DNA from: an uncultured Bacteroidales bacterium
Lineage (GTDB): Bacteria; Bacteroidota; Bacteroidia; Bacteroidales; VadinHA17
Length of the DNA stretch: 64,000 nucleotides
Reading direction: 5' to 3'
Assembly: GCA_963736675.1 (NCBI GenBank)
Contig: CAVTPT010000005.1
Location: forward strand, 128,040-192,039
The position numbers and the translations under genes are program-made. The notes under the pieces were generated by a model. The model worked only from the letters and a program-made list of their open reading frames with translations, did no database searches and had not been told where the DNA came from. Of the stretch, positions 1 to 9,723 are shown in pieces. Every line of letters starts with the position of its first letter. The first letter of the stretch is position 1.

Positions 1-668
1 AGGTCAGAAAAGATCTTCATATGCCTGAAGATCCTGTACATATTGAATGCTTCGACAATTCAAACATCATGGGAAGCAATCCGGTAGCATCGTGTGTGGT
101 TTTCAAAAATGCCAGGCCAAGCAAGAAGGATTACCGGCATTTCAATATTAAAACTGTAAAAGGACCCGACGATTTTTCATCTATGGAAGAAGTTGTCTAC
201 AGAAGATACAAACGTATGATGGAAGAGGGCCAGAAGATACCACAGCTGGTAATTATAGACGGAGGGAAAGGACAACTCTCTTCGGCTATGAAAAGCATCG
301 ATTCGTTAGGTCTCAGGGATAAAATCACAGTTATTGGCATTGCAAAGAAACTGGAGGAAATTTATTTTCCGGGTGATTCGGTTCCAATCTATCTTGACAA
401 AAATTCGTACAGCCTGAAACTGATCCAGCAGCTACGAAACGAAGCACACCGGTTCGGAATAAATTTTCATCGCGATAAACGTTCGGCCGATATGATAAAA
501 TCCGAACTGGATGAAATAAAGGGGATCGGTCCGAAAACAAAAGCAGTACTTCTGAAAACATACAGTTCGGTAGAAGAAATAAGAGAATTGCCGTCGGAAG
601 AGCTTGAAAAACTAATTGGTGCTTCAAAAACCGAAATAGTACTCAGAAGCCTGAGAAATCAGCTCTGA
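1..668 (+). CDS. uvrC: Excinuclease ABC subunit C (UvrC), C-terminal ~220 aa; 5-prime end lies outside the window
   Basis: The frame is open from nt 3. It contains the IECFDNSN..G nuclease-domain motif, HRFGINFHRDKRS, and the C-terminal helix-hairpin-helix LDEIKGIGPKTKAVLL. Confidence 0.9.
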   Translation, partial: VRKDLHMPEDPVHIECFDNSNIMGSNPVASCVVFKNARPSKKDYRHFNIKTVKGPDDFSSMEEVVYRRYKRMMEEGQKIPQLVIIDGGKGQLSSAMKSIDSLGLRDKITVIGIAKKLEEIYFPGDSVPIYLDKNSYSLKLIQQLRNEAHRFGINFHRDKRSADMIKSELDEIKGIGPKTKAVLLKTYSSVEEIRELPSEELEKLIGASKTEIVLRSLRNQL

Positions 669-806
669 AATGAGCGTGGAGCCATACTATATAAAGCGAC
701 CTCTATAATGCTTTATATCAATGAAATATAATGGTTTTTACAGGCTTATAAGGCCCTTAGAATTCAATAAATACAGGACCAAGGGGTGATAGTCGTGAAT
801 TTTCGC

Positions 807-1448
807 TTAAAATTGGGTCTCAGTTCCTGTAATAAGTGTCTTCTCTGTAATGCCAAGAAGTTTTTCAACCTCCCCTGCAATTTTATCTGATCCCAATGTT
901 ACGTATCCTTTCATACCTGACCTGACAGCTGTCTCAACATTCAGGGGAATGTCATCTATAAAAAGAGTCTCGGAGGCTTTGAGGCCATATTTCTGAATTA
1001 TAAGTTCAAATATCCTGATGTCGGGTTTTGAAAGTTTTGCTTCGGATGAAATTATACCTCCGTCGAAATAACGGAAGAAATAATAATCATTCCTGATATC
1101 TTCAAATATGTCAAGAGGAAAGTTAGAGAGGAAATATAGCTTAAAACCCTGTTTTTTTAATGCTGGAAGAAGCCGGACATTATAGTCGAGGGGAAACATG
1201 ATCTCAGTACGAAGATTGAAAATATGCTCTATTTCCTCCTTTTTCAGCCTCGATGTTCCGGCTATTGATACTATTGCTTCGGCCGTGGTAATATCTCCAT
1301 TGTCGAGCATGGCCCACTCTTTACCTGAAAAGATATCTGCAAGAATGGTATTCCTTATGTTTTCGGGGTAGTTTTTTTTCTTCAGGAATTCCGAAGGGAC
1401 AAAACTGATAAGGACATTTCCGAGGTCAAAAATTACATTTTTTATCAT
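807..1448 (-). CDS. HAD-superfamily hydrolase, subfamily IA (YihX-like phosphatase type)
   Basis: 213 aa with an ATG start. N-terminal IFDLGNVLI is the YihX-type variant of HAD motif I, and there is a C-terminal LFIDD motif. It starts 1 nt after the stop of the upstream pfk gene. Confidence 0.8.
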   Translation of the reverse strand: MIKNVIFDLGNVLISFVPSEFLKKKNYPENIRNTILADIFSGKEWAMLDNGDITTAEAIVSIAGTSRLKKEEIEHIFNLRTEIMFPLDYNVRLLPALKKQGFKLYFLSNFPLDIFEDIRNDYYFFRYFDGGIISSEAKLSKPDIRIFELIIQKYGLKASETLFIDDIPLNVETAVRSGMKGYVTLGSDKIAGEVEKLLGITEKTLITGTETQF

Positions 1449-1449
1449 A

Positions 1450-2775
1450 TCAGTTATTTTTCATACTGATAGGTTGTCCGGTCGCTTCAAGGACATTCCA
1501 CCACAATTCACTCTCAATATCTATTTTTTTTCGTTTTGCAACAGCCATTGAAATCGGGATCAGGGTAAACTGGTCATTCCAGAATCCGACGACAAAGTCA
1601 GTTTTTCCGGCGAGTGCGGCATGTACAGCATTCTGGGCCAGTAGATTGGCAAATTTGCTGTCGTTGGCATTGGCAGGGGCGCTTCTGATTATGTAGCTTG
1701 GATCGATATATTTGATTGAGTGTGGAAACTCCTTTGCATTAAACTCCTCCTTTATTTTTTCTTTCAGCAAAAGGCCAATATCCTTGTGTTTCACGTTTCC
1801 CGAAGCGTCTTTTTCATCGGCTCCCGGTTCAAAAAGATCCTGTCCCGCACCCTCTGCCACCACAACCACGGCATGATGCCTTTCTTCAAGTCGTTTTCGT
1901 AATACGTTTAAAAATCCCGCTGGACCATAAAGATCGAATGAGATCTCCGGGATCAGAACAAAATTGACTTCCTGGATTGCCAGTGCCGCACTTGCTGCAA
2001 TGAATCCCGAGTCGCGGCCCATCAGTTTGACAAGAGCAATACCGTTATTGGCTCCGGAGGCCTCGTTGTGAGCATTTCTGATAATATCGTTTGCGATGGA
2101 AAATGCAGATTCAAATCCAAAAGATTTCTGGATAAGGTCAATATCATTATCAATTGTTTTGGGAATACCTGCAACAGATATTCTGAGCTTCCTCTTTTCA
2201 ATCTCCTGATAAATGGCATGAGCACCTCTTAGTGTTCCGTCGCCGCCAATACAGAAAAGAACATTTATGTTCAGGATCTCAAGTGTGTCAACCATCTGCC
2301 CGACATCCTGATTTCCCCTTGATGTTCCAAGGAACGTGCCACCCGAAAGATGTATTTCGCTTACCATCTGAGCCGTAAGGTCAACTACCGGATGATTATA
2401 TTTGGGAATGAGCCCTTCATACCCGTATTTTATTCCGAGTATCCTGCTTATTCCATACCTGTAGGTAAGCTGATTGACCAGGCTCCGGATAACATTATTC
2501 AATCCGGGGCAGAGTCCTCCGCAGGTTATAATGGCAACTTTTGTCTTGGCAGGTTCAAAGAAAATTGTCTCGCCGGGTCCGGCCTTTTCAAAGGAAACCG
2601 GTGTTTCCCCCGTCTCCCTGCATCTGTTAAATTCATCCAGCGAAACATCGTATAGTATTCTTTCCTGCTCGCTGACAAATTTGTAAACCGGACTATCCGC
2701 CCTCTGAGTATTCTTAAGCGGCGAAACAACTCCTCCTTTACCCAGACTGGTCACAAGAAAATCCTCATATTTCAT
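1450..2775 (-). CDS. pfkA: 6-phosphofructokinase, long (441 aa) form with ATP-type GGDG signature
   Basis: Contains GGLCPGLNNVIRS, CIGGDGTLRGA and IPKTIDNDI. The length and motifs resemble the long group III / plant-like ATP-PFKs. Confidence 0.85.
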   Translation of the reverse strand: MKYEDFLVTSLGKGGVVSPLKNTQRADSPVYKFVSEQERILYDVSLDEFNRCRETGETPVSFEKAGPGETIFFEPAKTKVAIITCGGLCPGLNNVIRSLVNQLTYRYGISRILGIKYGYEGLIPKYNHPVVDLTAQMVSEIHLSGGTFLGTSRGNQDVGQMVDTLEILNINVLFCIGGDGTLRGAHAIYQEIEKRKLRISVAGIPKTIDNDIDLIQKSFGFESAFSIANDIIRNAHNEASGANNGIALVKLMGRDSGFIAASAALAIQEVNFVLIPEISFDLYGPAGFLNVLRKRLEERHHAVVVVAEGAGQDLFEPGADEKDASGNVKHKDIGLLLKEKIKEEFNAKEFPHSIKYIDPSYIIRSAPANANDSKFANLLAQNAVHAALAGKTDFVVGFWNDQFTLIPISMAVAKRKKIDIESELWWNVLEATGQPISMKNN

Positions 2776-3041
2776 AATATAGTATTGATTTTAAAAGTTT
2801 TAACAGGCTGCCCTGCCGGGGTTGGGGTTCCGCCCATGGCTGATTTCGCAGAATGGCGCCGTCAGGATGTAGGTAATATTTATTTATGTTTGCCAATTTG
2901 GTCAATCAGGTGGGTGCGGTGGCACATATTATTATCCGGCAACGCGATGTTACATTACCCTGAAATCGAATTCCAGGTATAACGAACAGTGTGACTGTTC
3001 CCGGACCACTGTAAATTGTTGATCGCAGGAGAAATTATATT

Positions 3042-3242
3042 TCAATAAGAACCCAGTATCTGTTTGATTCTTCCTACAAGACCATTTTCAAGTATGACTT
3101 TAATTCCGTGCGGATGAACAGGAGCTGTTGTAAGCACCTCTTTAACTTTTCCGCCTGTAAGTCGTCCGGTACGTTTATCCTGAGTCAGCTCCACCATCAC
3201 ATCAATTCCCGGCCTCACATCTGCTCTGTGTGTTCCTTCCAT
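3042..3242 (-). CDS. YwbE-family small protein (DUF2196)
   Basis: 66 aa. The pattern V.V....K.TGRLT.G.V.E.LT....HPHGIKV.LENG.VGR is characteristic of YwbE-like proteins. Confidence 0.7.
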   Translation of the reverse strand: MEGTHRADVRPGIDVMVELTQDKRTGRLTGGKVKEVLTTAPVHPHGIKVILENGLVGRIKQILGSY

Positions 3243-3339
3243 AAAAAGGCTTTTATTTTAAAAAAATGACAAGAAAAAAGTTATTCTGACTATATTTTAA
3301 AAATCAGATTACAATAATAGAAAAATTTCTTTCAGAAAC

Positions 3340-3365
3340 TGTCAAAACCTTTAATTGTTTTGACA
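3340..3365 (-). terminator. Possible terminator hairpin after the SMP-30 gene
   Basis: A 9-bp stem TGTCAAAAC / GTTTTGACA with an 8-nt loop. The downstream minus-strand sequence is only moderately T-rich. Confidence 0.35.
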
Positions 3366-3384
3366 AGTACCCGGAAACATGTGA

Positions 3385-4287
3385 TCACCAGACTCCTTTT
3401 ACCTGGGTAAGGATCCTGTAAAGACCTTTGTTAGCAGTAATATAGAGTGATTTTCTGTTCTTATCACCGAAGCATACATTCGAGATCCAGCTTTCAGGTA
3501 CCGGAATGCTTCCTAGTTGTTTTCCTTTACTGTCAAACACAAAAACGCCCCCCCTGCCAGTCAGGTAAATATTCCCTTTTTTGTCTAATGTCATTCCATC
3601 CGAACCCATCTCGCAAAACAGCTTTCTGTCTGTAAGATCTCCATTTTTATTTATAGTGAATGAATATGTTTTCTTGTCTCCTATATCGGCAATAAAAATT
3701 GTCTTACCGTCGGCTGTACCAACAATTCCGTTTGGCTGAACAAGACCTTCAGCAACACGCTTCAGAATTTTACGATCGGGCGACAGATAGTAGACGCACT
3801 GCTTATCCTGTGGCATATCGGAATGGCTCCACCATGAACGCTTGTAAAAAGGATCACTGAAATAGGCACTTCCGTCAGGCGCTACCCAGACATCATTAGG
3901 CCCGTTCAGAAGCTTGCTGTCATACTTATTCAGGATAATTTCGACCTTTTTATCAGGGGAGATTCGCCACAGCTCGTTTTTTTCATCAGCACACACCCAC
4001 AGGTACCCTTTTTTGTCAAAAAACATCCCGTTTGACCGGCCTGAGGGCTGCATATATGTTTTTAGCTCTCCTGCTGTGGTCCAGATCATTATCCTGTCAT
4101 TTGGCTGATCGGTGAAATATACATTCCCTGCAGCATCGGCAGTCGGGCCTTCAGTAAAAGAAAATTCGCCGGAAAGTTTTTCAAGCACAGCTCCCGGTCT
4201 GATAATGGAACTCAGGCCATTTTCCTGAGAAAAAAGATTTGTATTTAACAGCATCAGCAATGCAAATGATAAGGCAATTGGTCTCAT
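3385..4287 (-). CDS. SMP-30/gluconolactonase/LRE-family beta-propeller protein, secreted
   Basis: 300 aa with signal peptide MRPIALSFALLMLLNTNLFSQ. Contains FTEGPTADAAGNVYFTDQPNDRI and PNGIVGTADGKT blade motifs. Confidence 0.8.
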   Translation of the reverse strand: MRPIALSFALLMLLNTNLFSQENGLSSIIRPGAVLEKLSGEFSFTEGPTADAAGNVYFTDQPNDRIMIWTTAGELKTYMQPSGRSNGMFFDKKGYLWVCADEKNELWRISPDKKVEIILNKYDSKLLNGPNDVWVAPDGSAYFSDPFYKRSWWSHSDMPQDKQCVYYLSPDRKILKRVAEGLVQPNGIVGTADGKTIFIADIGDKKTYSFTINKNGDLTDRKLFCEMGSDGMTLDKKGNIYLTGRGGVFVFDSKGKQLGSIPVPESWISNVCFGDKNRKSLYITANKGLYRILTQVKGVW

Positions 4288-4326
4288 AGTAGATTGAATT
4301 ATAATAATATATAAATTATCAGAGGA

Positions 4327-5241
4327 TTATATTGTTTTTGAAACGGTACGGATCCTTCCGGCATAGTCGTCGATCTGCTCAGGCAATTCGAATCCCACAA
4401 TCATCATGTCAACGGTTCCCAGGCCAAGGACGAACTTAAGGGAAGCATCAATTTTTTCAGGATCATTTCTGAATTTGCCGTTGCCGATCAGTTTCATGCC
4501 GATAACCCCTTTCCTGTTTTTATGCATTTTTTCAATTACAGGTATTACTAGAGCCGGATCGGCTTTATCCATTGACTCGCCAAATGCATTTATGCGTACA
4601 TGTATTACATCGACCCAGGGATTAACGGCAGCTACTTCGAGAGCTTCAAATGAATGGACAGAAACACCGTGTGCCCTGATAATATTTTTAGCTTTAAGGT
4701 TCTCCAGGCCATCCATAAATCGTTTTTGCTGATCGGGCCAGTTGGTGGCAGTCATCAGATGCATCTGAACAAGGTCGATGTAATCGGTGTTCAGTTCTTT
4801 TCTGAAACGATCGATCACAATTTCAGCATCTGGCCTTTCCGGTTCCGGAATTCCTCCCGGGACAACCCACATTTTTGTACCGATCGTATAGTTCTCCCGG
4901 GGTATTCCCTTCAGGGCTGCTGCAGCGTGCGGATGAGTACCGTAATTATCGGCGCAGTCAAAGAAGCGTATCCCTTTTTCATAGGCCTGCCTTATAAGCG
5001 ATTCAGCCACTCCGGCCCTTGTAATATTTGAAGAACGATTATATCCGCTGAACCCTGTACCCATACCGAGAAGGGTAGTCTTTATCCCTGTTTTTCCAAG
5101 CTCAATTATCTGGAAAGGATCCCTGGACTGAACTGATGAACAGGATGATAAAGCGTTGGTTACGTTACCTAAGAGGAGTGTTCCGGCTCCGGCAGTCATC
5201 GTGGCCATGAACTGCCTTCGGGTAAAATTCTTCTTTCCCAT
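4327..5241 (-). CDS. Aldo/keto reductase with twin-arginine (Tat) signal peptide
   Basis: 304 aa. The N-terminus FTRRQFMATMTAGAGTLLLG is a Tat motif. AKR core motifs are FFDCADNYG and AHGVSVHS. Confidence 0.85.
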   Translation of the reverse strand: MGKKNFTRRQFMATMTAGAGTLLLGNVTNALSSCSSVQSRDPFQIIELGKTGIKTTLLGMGTGFSGYNRSSNITRAGVAESLIRQAYEKGIRFFDCADNYGTHPHAAAALKGIPRENYTIGTKMWVVPGGIPEPERPDAEIVIDRFRKELNTDYIDLVQMHLMTATNWPDQQKRFMDGLENLKAKNIIRAHGVSVHSFEALEVAAVNPWVDVIHVRINAFGESMDKADPALVIPVIEKMHKNRKGVIGMKLIGNGKFRNDPEKIDASLKFVLGLGTVDMMIVGFELPEQIDDYAGRIRTVSKTI

Positions 5242-5325
5242 AGCTCTGAGATTTATGTTTATAATCGAACCAATTTACAAAACAAATAAAGTAAAATTTC
5301 AGGTTTGATTTCAAAAATCTGATAA

Positions 5326-5733
5326 TTATTGCATTCCAAGCCTTGAAACAAGATCTCCCGGAGGAACAGGCCTGCCTTTTCTGGTTGCAACTCCGGTAAC
5401 ACGGGCACGGACAACGAGCTTTTCATCCGGAAGCCTGAAGATGTCCTGGACAAACACAAGCCTCACATTTCCTTCCCTCCTGATATTAACCCTTACTACG
5501 AACTCGTCGCGGCTACGGAGAGGATATTTGTACTCAATCTCTGCCTTTGTTACAACCATATCAAGACCTTCGTCGTGCAATTGCATGAAGGAGATCCCTT
5601 TTGAAATAAGGAACTCATGCCGGGCATGCTCGAGATAATGCTGGTAATTGGCATTATTGACAACACCCTGAACATCACATTCATAATCTCTTACCTTAAA
5701 TTCAAGACCAAAAATATAATCTGTACCTGTCAT
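5326..5733 (-). CDS. Acyl-CoA thioesterase, YbgC/4HBT hot-dog family
   Basis: 135 aa. VRDYECDVQGVVNNANYQHYLEHARHEFL is the catalytic Asp region typical of YbgC/FadM-type thioesterases. Confidence 0.8.
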   Translation of the reverse strand: MTGTDYIFGLEFKVRDYECDVQGVVNNANYQHYLEHARHEFLISKGISFMQLHDEGLDMVVTKAEIEYKYPLRSRDEFVVRVNIRREGNVRLVFVQDIFRLPDEKLVVRARVTGVATRKGRPVPPGDLVSRLGMQ

Positions 5734-5807
5734 ATTAAGATTCTCACAAATTCTGTTATCAGGCTAAAGTCATTTATTGTTCCGGACTCAATTACAGCCC
5801 CTGCAGG

Positions 5808-7784
5808 TCATCTTACCAGCCATGGAGCCTCATAACCTTCAGGCCGTGTCTTTACAACCGGAGTCTCAGGAATAAACTCTATATCAATCTCTTTTACCCT
5901 CCCATTTTCAATTTCGTATAAAAGCGACTGGTATGGTTCAAAATTAAGATTTAATTCATATGTTTTACCTTCAAAGGATATTTCCACCGGCATTTTAACT
6001 TCTTCGGCATTGAGCGACTGCCCGTATTCCAGTGGAAACTTCAGCCTTTTGCTTTTCGTGTCAGGGAAAAATATATACAGTGAGCTGCCATCTTTCCTGC
6101 ACCAGTGGGAGGGTATATCTTTTCCGGATATAAACGGCGGGAGTTGGTTCCCGAATGAACTAATACCGGATTTTGCCACTGCAATGATTTTCCGGAGCAA
6201 AACCTCATAGTCATCATGTTTAACTGCTCCAGGTTCCACAGGGTTTCTCTTCAGCACAATCCTTAATCCTTCCCGGGCCAATTCAGACACTCTTTTAACA
6301 ACTTTATAATCTAGATATTCAGCATCTATATATAAAGCTTTAAATCGTGCTTCCCCAACCTTGAATATCTCTCCATCCATCTCTCCTTTTTCAAGAAACT
6401 CATAGTTTATCCAGGCCGGATTATAGGATTTTAATTCATCAGGGAAATATATATAGCGCATCTCATAATAACCCCAGGCCCATATAAATTGTTTTTCTTC
6501 AGGCATTTTTCCCGACTTCCATGCATCTTCCGTCGGGAGGTAAACCGCAATATCTGAATATGTATATCCTTTTTTCATATATTCTGAAACCTTTTCAAGG
6601 TAGCTGTTGAACCGCGGGAGATCCTTTGCAACAGATCCTCCCGGTCCCACATGCGTGCTGGCATAAAATGAAACACTATCCTGATCCATGGGATTATGGG
6701 GTTTCCCATGCCAGACAATATGGTTAATACCGTTGGCAAAAAGCGCATCAGCCACTAGTTTCAGGTCAGAAGTCTGTTCTTCCCTGAGATAGTCACCCGG
6801 CCAGCCGTAAAGGCAGGTAAATGTTTCGGAACTTACATTTTTTTTGCCTGAGAGAAGAGCGGCTGAAGCATGAATGGCACAGAATTCCGGTTCAAAGAGC
6901 ATTGATTCCCCCTCAGGTATATCCATCAGGGCATAACCTGAAATAAGATCACACGGTGCACCCGATATCTGACCCCTCGAAAAGACACCTGCCTGGTTCA
7001 ATTTCAGATCAAAGTCTCTGTAGAAATCAAGGACTCTGTCGGAAATCAACGACATGTAATCATAAAGCTGGCTGCTGTATTCCGGTTGATAGATTGAATC
7101 CATGTATGGAACAATATCATAATTGAACCTGCCCAGGAACTCTTTGTCAAGACCATCGGCCCACAGATATTCAGTCTCCACTTCCCAGCTGTCGATGAAG
7201 TACGACCTGGGAATTTTTGTTTCCCGGTCGGGAAACGAATCAAGAAGCCTGTTAAAATACGGGAGGTAATTTGAAGGGGTAAGATGGTCGATCACATAGC
7301 CTGGCTTCGGATGTTCCCAGGAGCGGGTGATTACCTGCCTCCATCCGCTATCACCGAACCGTTGTGAAGCCTGGTCAAAGGTAACATACGAATCACCGAA
7401 AGGCCAGAGAGTGCCGAGGGTCATGTCGCATCCAAGACCGATGCTGTCGGCATACGTAACAGCATATTCAACAATTTCCTGCCATGCGGGGCTCAGCCAT
7501 TCCTGCCGGGGAGTATAGGTTGTATCAAGCGGATTGAACCTGTTAAGCGGATAGACCCAGGCTATCTCAACACCCCCAAAGCCATTTGCCTTAAGCCAGT
7601 CAAGATTATACCTGATATCCTCTTCTTTTATTGTTGATGCAAACCACCAGTACCTGGTATACGGCCTGGAGGTCAGTTTAAACGGATCAGGACCGGAGAG
7701 TGCCCCGTTGTCCCCGTACCTTTCTGAGGATCCCGCACACGACAGCAGAAGCACTGATAGAAATGCAAAAATCAGCTTAATCAT
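5808..7784 (-). CDS. Secreted lipoprotein, putative glycoside hydrolase-like (TIM-barrel type); family not assignable by eye
   Basis: 658 aa with lipoprotein signal LSVLLLSCAGS. The N-terminal RYWWFAS...LDWLKANGFGGVEI block resembles rhamnosidase/GH106-like annotated glycosidases. The functional call is weak. Confidence 0.55.
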   Translation of the reverse strand: MIKLIFAFLSVLLLSCAGSSERYGDNGALSGPDPFKLTSRPYTRYWWFASTIKEEDIRYNLDWLKANGFGGVEIAWVYPLNRFNPLDTTYTPRQEWLSPAWQEIVEYAVTYADSIGLGCDMTLGTLWPFGDSYVTFDQASQRFGDSGWRQVITRSWEHPKPGYVIDHLTPSNYLPYFNRLLDSFPDRETKIPRSYFIDSWEVETEYLWADGLDKEFLGRFNYDIVPYMDSIYQPEYSSQLYDYMSLISDRVLDFYRDFDLKLNQAGVFSRGQISGAPCDLISGYALMDIPEGESMLFEPEFCAIHASAALLSGKKNVSSETFTCLYGWPGDYLREEQTSDLKLVADALFANGINHIVWHGKPHNPMDQDSVSFYASTHVGPGGSVAKDLPRFNSYLEKVSEYMKKGYTYSDIAVYLPTEDAWKSGKMPEEKQFIWAWGYYEMRYIYFPDELKSYNPAWINYEFLEKGEMDGEIFKVGEARFKALYIDAEYLDYKVVKRVSELAREGLRIVLKRNPVEPGAVKHDDYEVLLRKIIAVAKSGISSFGNQLPPFISGKDIPSHWCRKDGSSLYIFFPDTKSKRLKFPLEYGQSLNAEEVKMPVEISFEGKTYELNLNFEPYQSLLYEIENGRVKEIDIEFIPETPVVKTRPEGYEAPWLVR

Positions 7785-7831
7785 AATTCCGGCGGTTTAT
7801 CCCTGACCAGTATAATGTTCCTTAAAGCGAA

Positions 7832-8281
7832 TTATTTCGGGAAGGTCCGGAAGAGCTTCCTTAATACTTTGTGGAAATTATGAATGCTGTGCGGCTTGTA
7901 ATGCATAAGAATGCACTCTTTTGTTATCAGGTTGATTCCAGGTACACTGCCTTCACTGATGGCCTCTTTGCTTTCAGCCATCTGCTGAATCCATATCTGC
8001 CGTATACCTTTTTCCCTGGCCTCACGGATTATTCCCGGGGTCTGTTCCTTTTTGGTCATTATAATAAGACCTTTTACTTCGTCCGGCAGACTTTTAATAT
8101 CGTTATAAACTTTTACACCGTGAATTTCACTGGCATAAGGATTCACAGGCAGAATGTTCATGCCTTTTTCCTTAAGCTCCCTGAATGCGGTAAAACCGAA
8201 TTTCCTGGGATCACGCGATACTCCTACCATTGCTATTGGCTCTGAACTGAGGAATTCTTCAATTTGCTTTAAGGTTACCAT
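7832..8281 (-). CDS. CoA-binding domain protein (YccU/YneT-like)
   Basis: 149 aa. IAMVGVSRDPRKFGFTAFRELKEKGMNILPVNP is a Rossmann-like CoA-binding signature. Confidence 0.75.
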   Translation of the reverse strand: MVTLKQIEEFLSSEPIAMVGVSRDPRKFGFTAFRELKEKGMNILPVNPYASEIHGVKVYNDIKSLPDEVKGLIIMTKKEQTPGIIREAREKGIRQIWIQQMAESKEAISEGSVPGINLITKECILMHYKPHSIHNFHKVLRKLFRTFPK

Positions 8282-8429
8282 ACTTTAACAGGTTTAGTTT
8301 TCGACAATCGGGTTTAAGAAGGTATTAAAAATCTTTTAAATAAGTATAAAGACTTAAAATTACAATAAAAACTTCAACACTACTAAATTTTTATTTACTT
8401 GGTATTGGAGTTATACTTAACCAATCCTT

Positions 8430-9716
8430 ATGAAAAGCACTACAGACCGTACCGGATATCTTTTTACAAAGAGATATTCGAATTATGTATTTGTTCTCCT
8501 GTTTCTTCTTTATATGTTCGATTATATAGACAGGTCCATCGTTACATCTATGTTCGTTTCGATTGAGAGGGACTGGGGCATCACTCATACCCAGAGCGGG
8601 ATGCTGGTTTCGGCTGTTTACTGGGCAATTGTTATACTTACCTTCCCGGTGTCGCTTCTTGTTGACAGGTGGAGCAGAACAAAGACCATTGGCCTGATGG
8701 CGATTCTCTGGAGCCTTGCCACTGCGCTTTGTGCCCTGACAGGGAATTATGTCCAGCTTTTTATGGCACGTGTCCTGATAGGTGTTGGCGAAGCCGGATA
8801 TGCTCCCGGAGGAAGTGCAATGATATCAGGGCTTTACCCTATTGAAAAACGCTCCAAAATGATGGGGATCTGGAATGCGTCCATACCTCTCGGAACAGCA
8901 ATCGGCGTTCTTCTGGGAGGAATTATTGCCACGCGTCTCGGGTGGAAGCATGCATTTGGCATTGTTGCTTTCCCGGGCCTGATCGTCGCAATTCTTTTTC
9001 TTTTCGTAAAAGACTACAAGACAGTCGATCTTTCATTTATCGACAGGGCAAATAATAAGATCAGGATGGAAAGAAAGGATCTTATCAGGGAGTTTATCAC
9101 CAAACCATCAATTCTGTTTACCTATTTTGGAATTGCAGCTGTGGTTTTTGTTACAACATCCCTTCTTACATGGCTGGCTACATATTTTCAGACGATAAGA
9201 CAACTTCCTCAGGATAAAGCCGGCACGATGGCAAGTGCTGTTATGGTCCTGGCCCTGGTGGGTGCGCCACTCGGAGGAATTCTGACTGACCGGTGGAGGA
9301 AGACACAGATCAATGCAAGGCTTTTATTGCCTGCAATTTCAACCCTTGTTTCGGCACTATTGCTTTTTGCGGCACTTTATATCTTTCAGGGAACGGTCCA
9401 GTATATATGTTTCCTTCTGATGGGGATCTCCATAATGGTGTTCATCTCAGGTGCTGCAGCAGTAACCCAGGATGTCATACATCCCGGACTCAGGGCAACA
9501 TCATATGCGATAGCTGTTGTTGTCCAGAATCTCCTGGGATCATCTACTGCTCCTATTGTTCTCGGAAAGATATATGATAACTCCACCATCCAGACCGCCT
9601 TATCCATACTCCCTTTTATACTTGTTCTGGGAGCCGTGCTCTTTTATCTGGGTTCAAGGTATTACGAAAAGGATATGGATAAAGTATCAAAAATAGAGCT
9701 TGAAGTGCAGAAATAG
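8430..9716 (+). CDS. MFS transporter (12 TM, Spinster-like)
   Basis: 428 aa and strongly hydrophobic. It has an MFS loop 2-3 motif (LVDRWSRTKTI) and the repeated DRWRK in the second half. Confidence 0.85.
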   Translation: MKSTTDRTGYLFTKRYSNYVFVLLFLLYMFDYIDRSIVTSMFVSIERDWGITHTQSGMLVSAVYWAIVILTFPVSLLVDRWSRTKTIGLMAILWSLATALCALTGNYVQLFMARVLIGVGEAGYAPGGSAMISGLYPIEKRSKMMGIWNASIPLGTAIGVLLGGIIATRLGWKHAFGIVAFPGLIVAILFLFVKDYKTVDLSFIDRANNKIRMERKDLIREFITKPSILFTYFGIAAVVFVTTSLLTWLATYFQTIRQLPQDKAGTMASAVMVLALVGAPLGGILTDRWRKTQINARLLLPAISTLVSALLLFAALYIFQGTVQYICFLLMGISIMVFISGAAAVTQDVIHPGLRATSYAIAVVVQNLLGSSTAPIVLGKIYDNSTIQTALSILPFILVLGAVLFYLGSRYYEKDMDKVSKIELEVQK

Positions 9717-9723
9717 CAACTTG

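Noticed and set aside
689-718. A 9-bp AT-rich hairpin (ATATAAAGC / GCTTTATAT) between the convergent uvrC and HAD genes.
   Set aside because: The stem is weak, the loop is 12 nt, and there is no T run on either strand. This is insufficient to call a terminator.
2785-2982. A 65-aa plus-strand ORF in the pfkA upstream spacer.
   Set aside because: It is TTG-initiated, has no RBS or promoter context, and runs opposite to both flanking genes. Its sequence is Trp/Arg-rich and non-protein-like. The region is treated as a possibly structured non-coding spacer instead (see findings).
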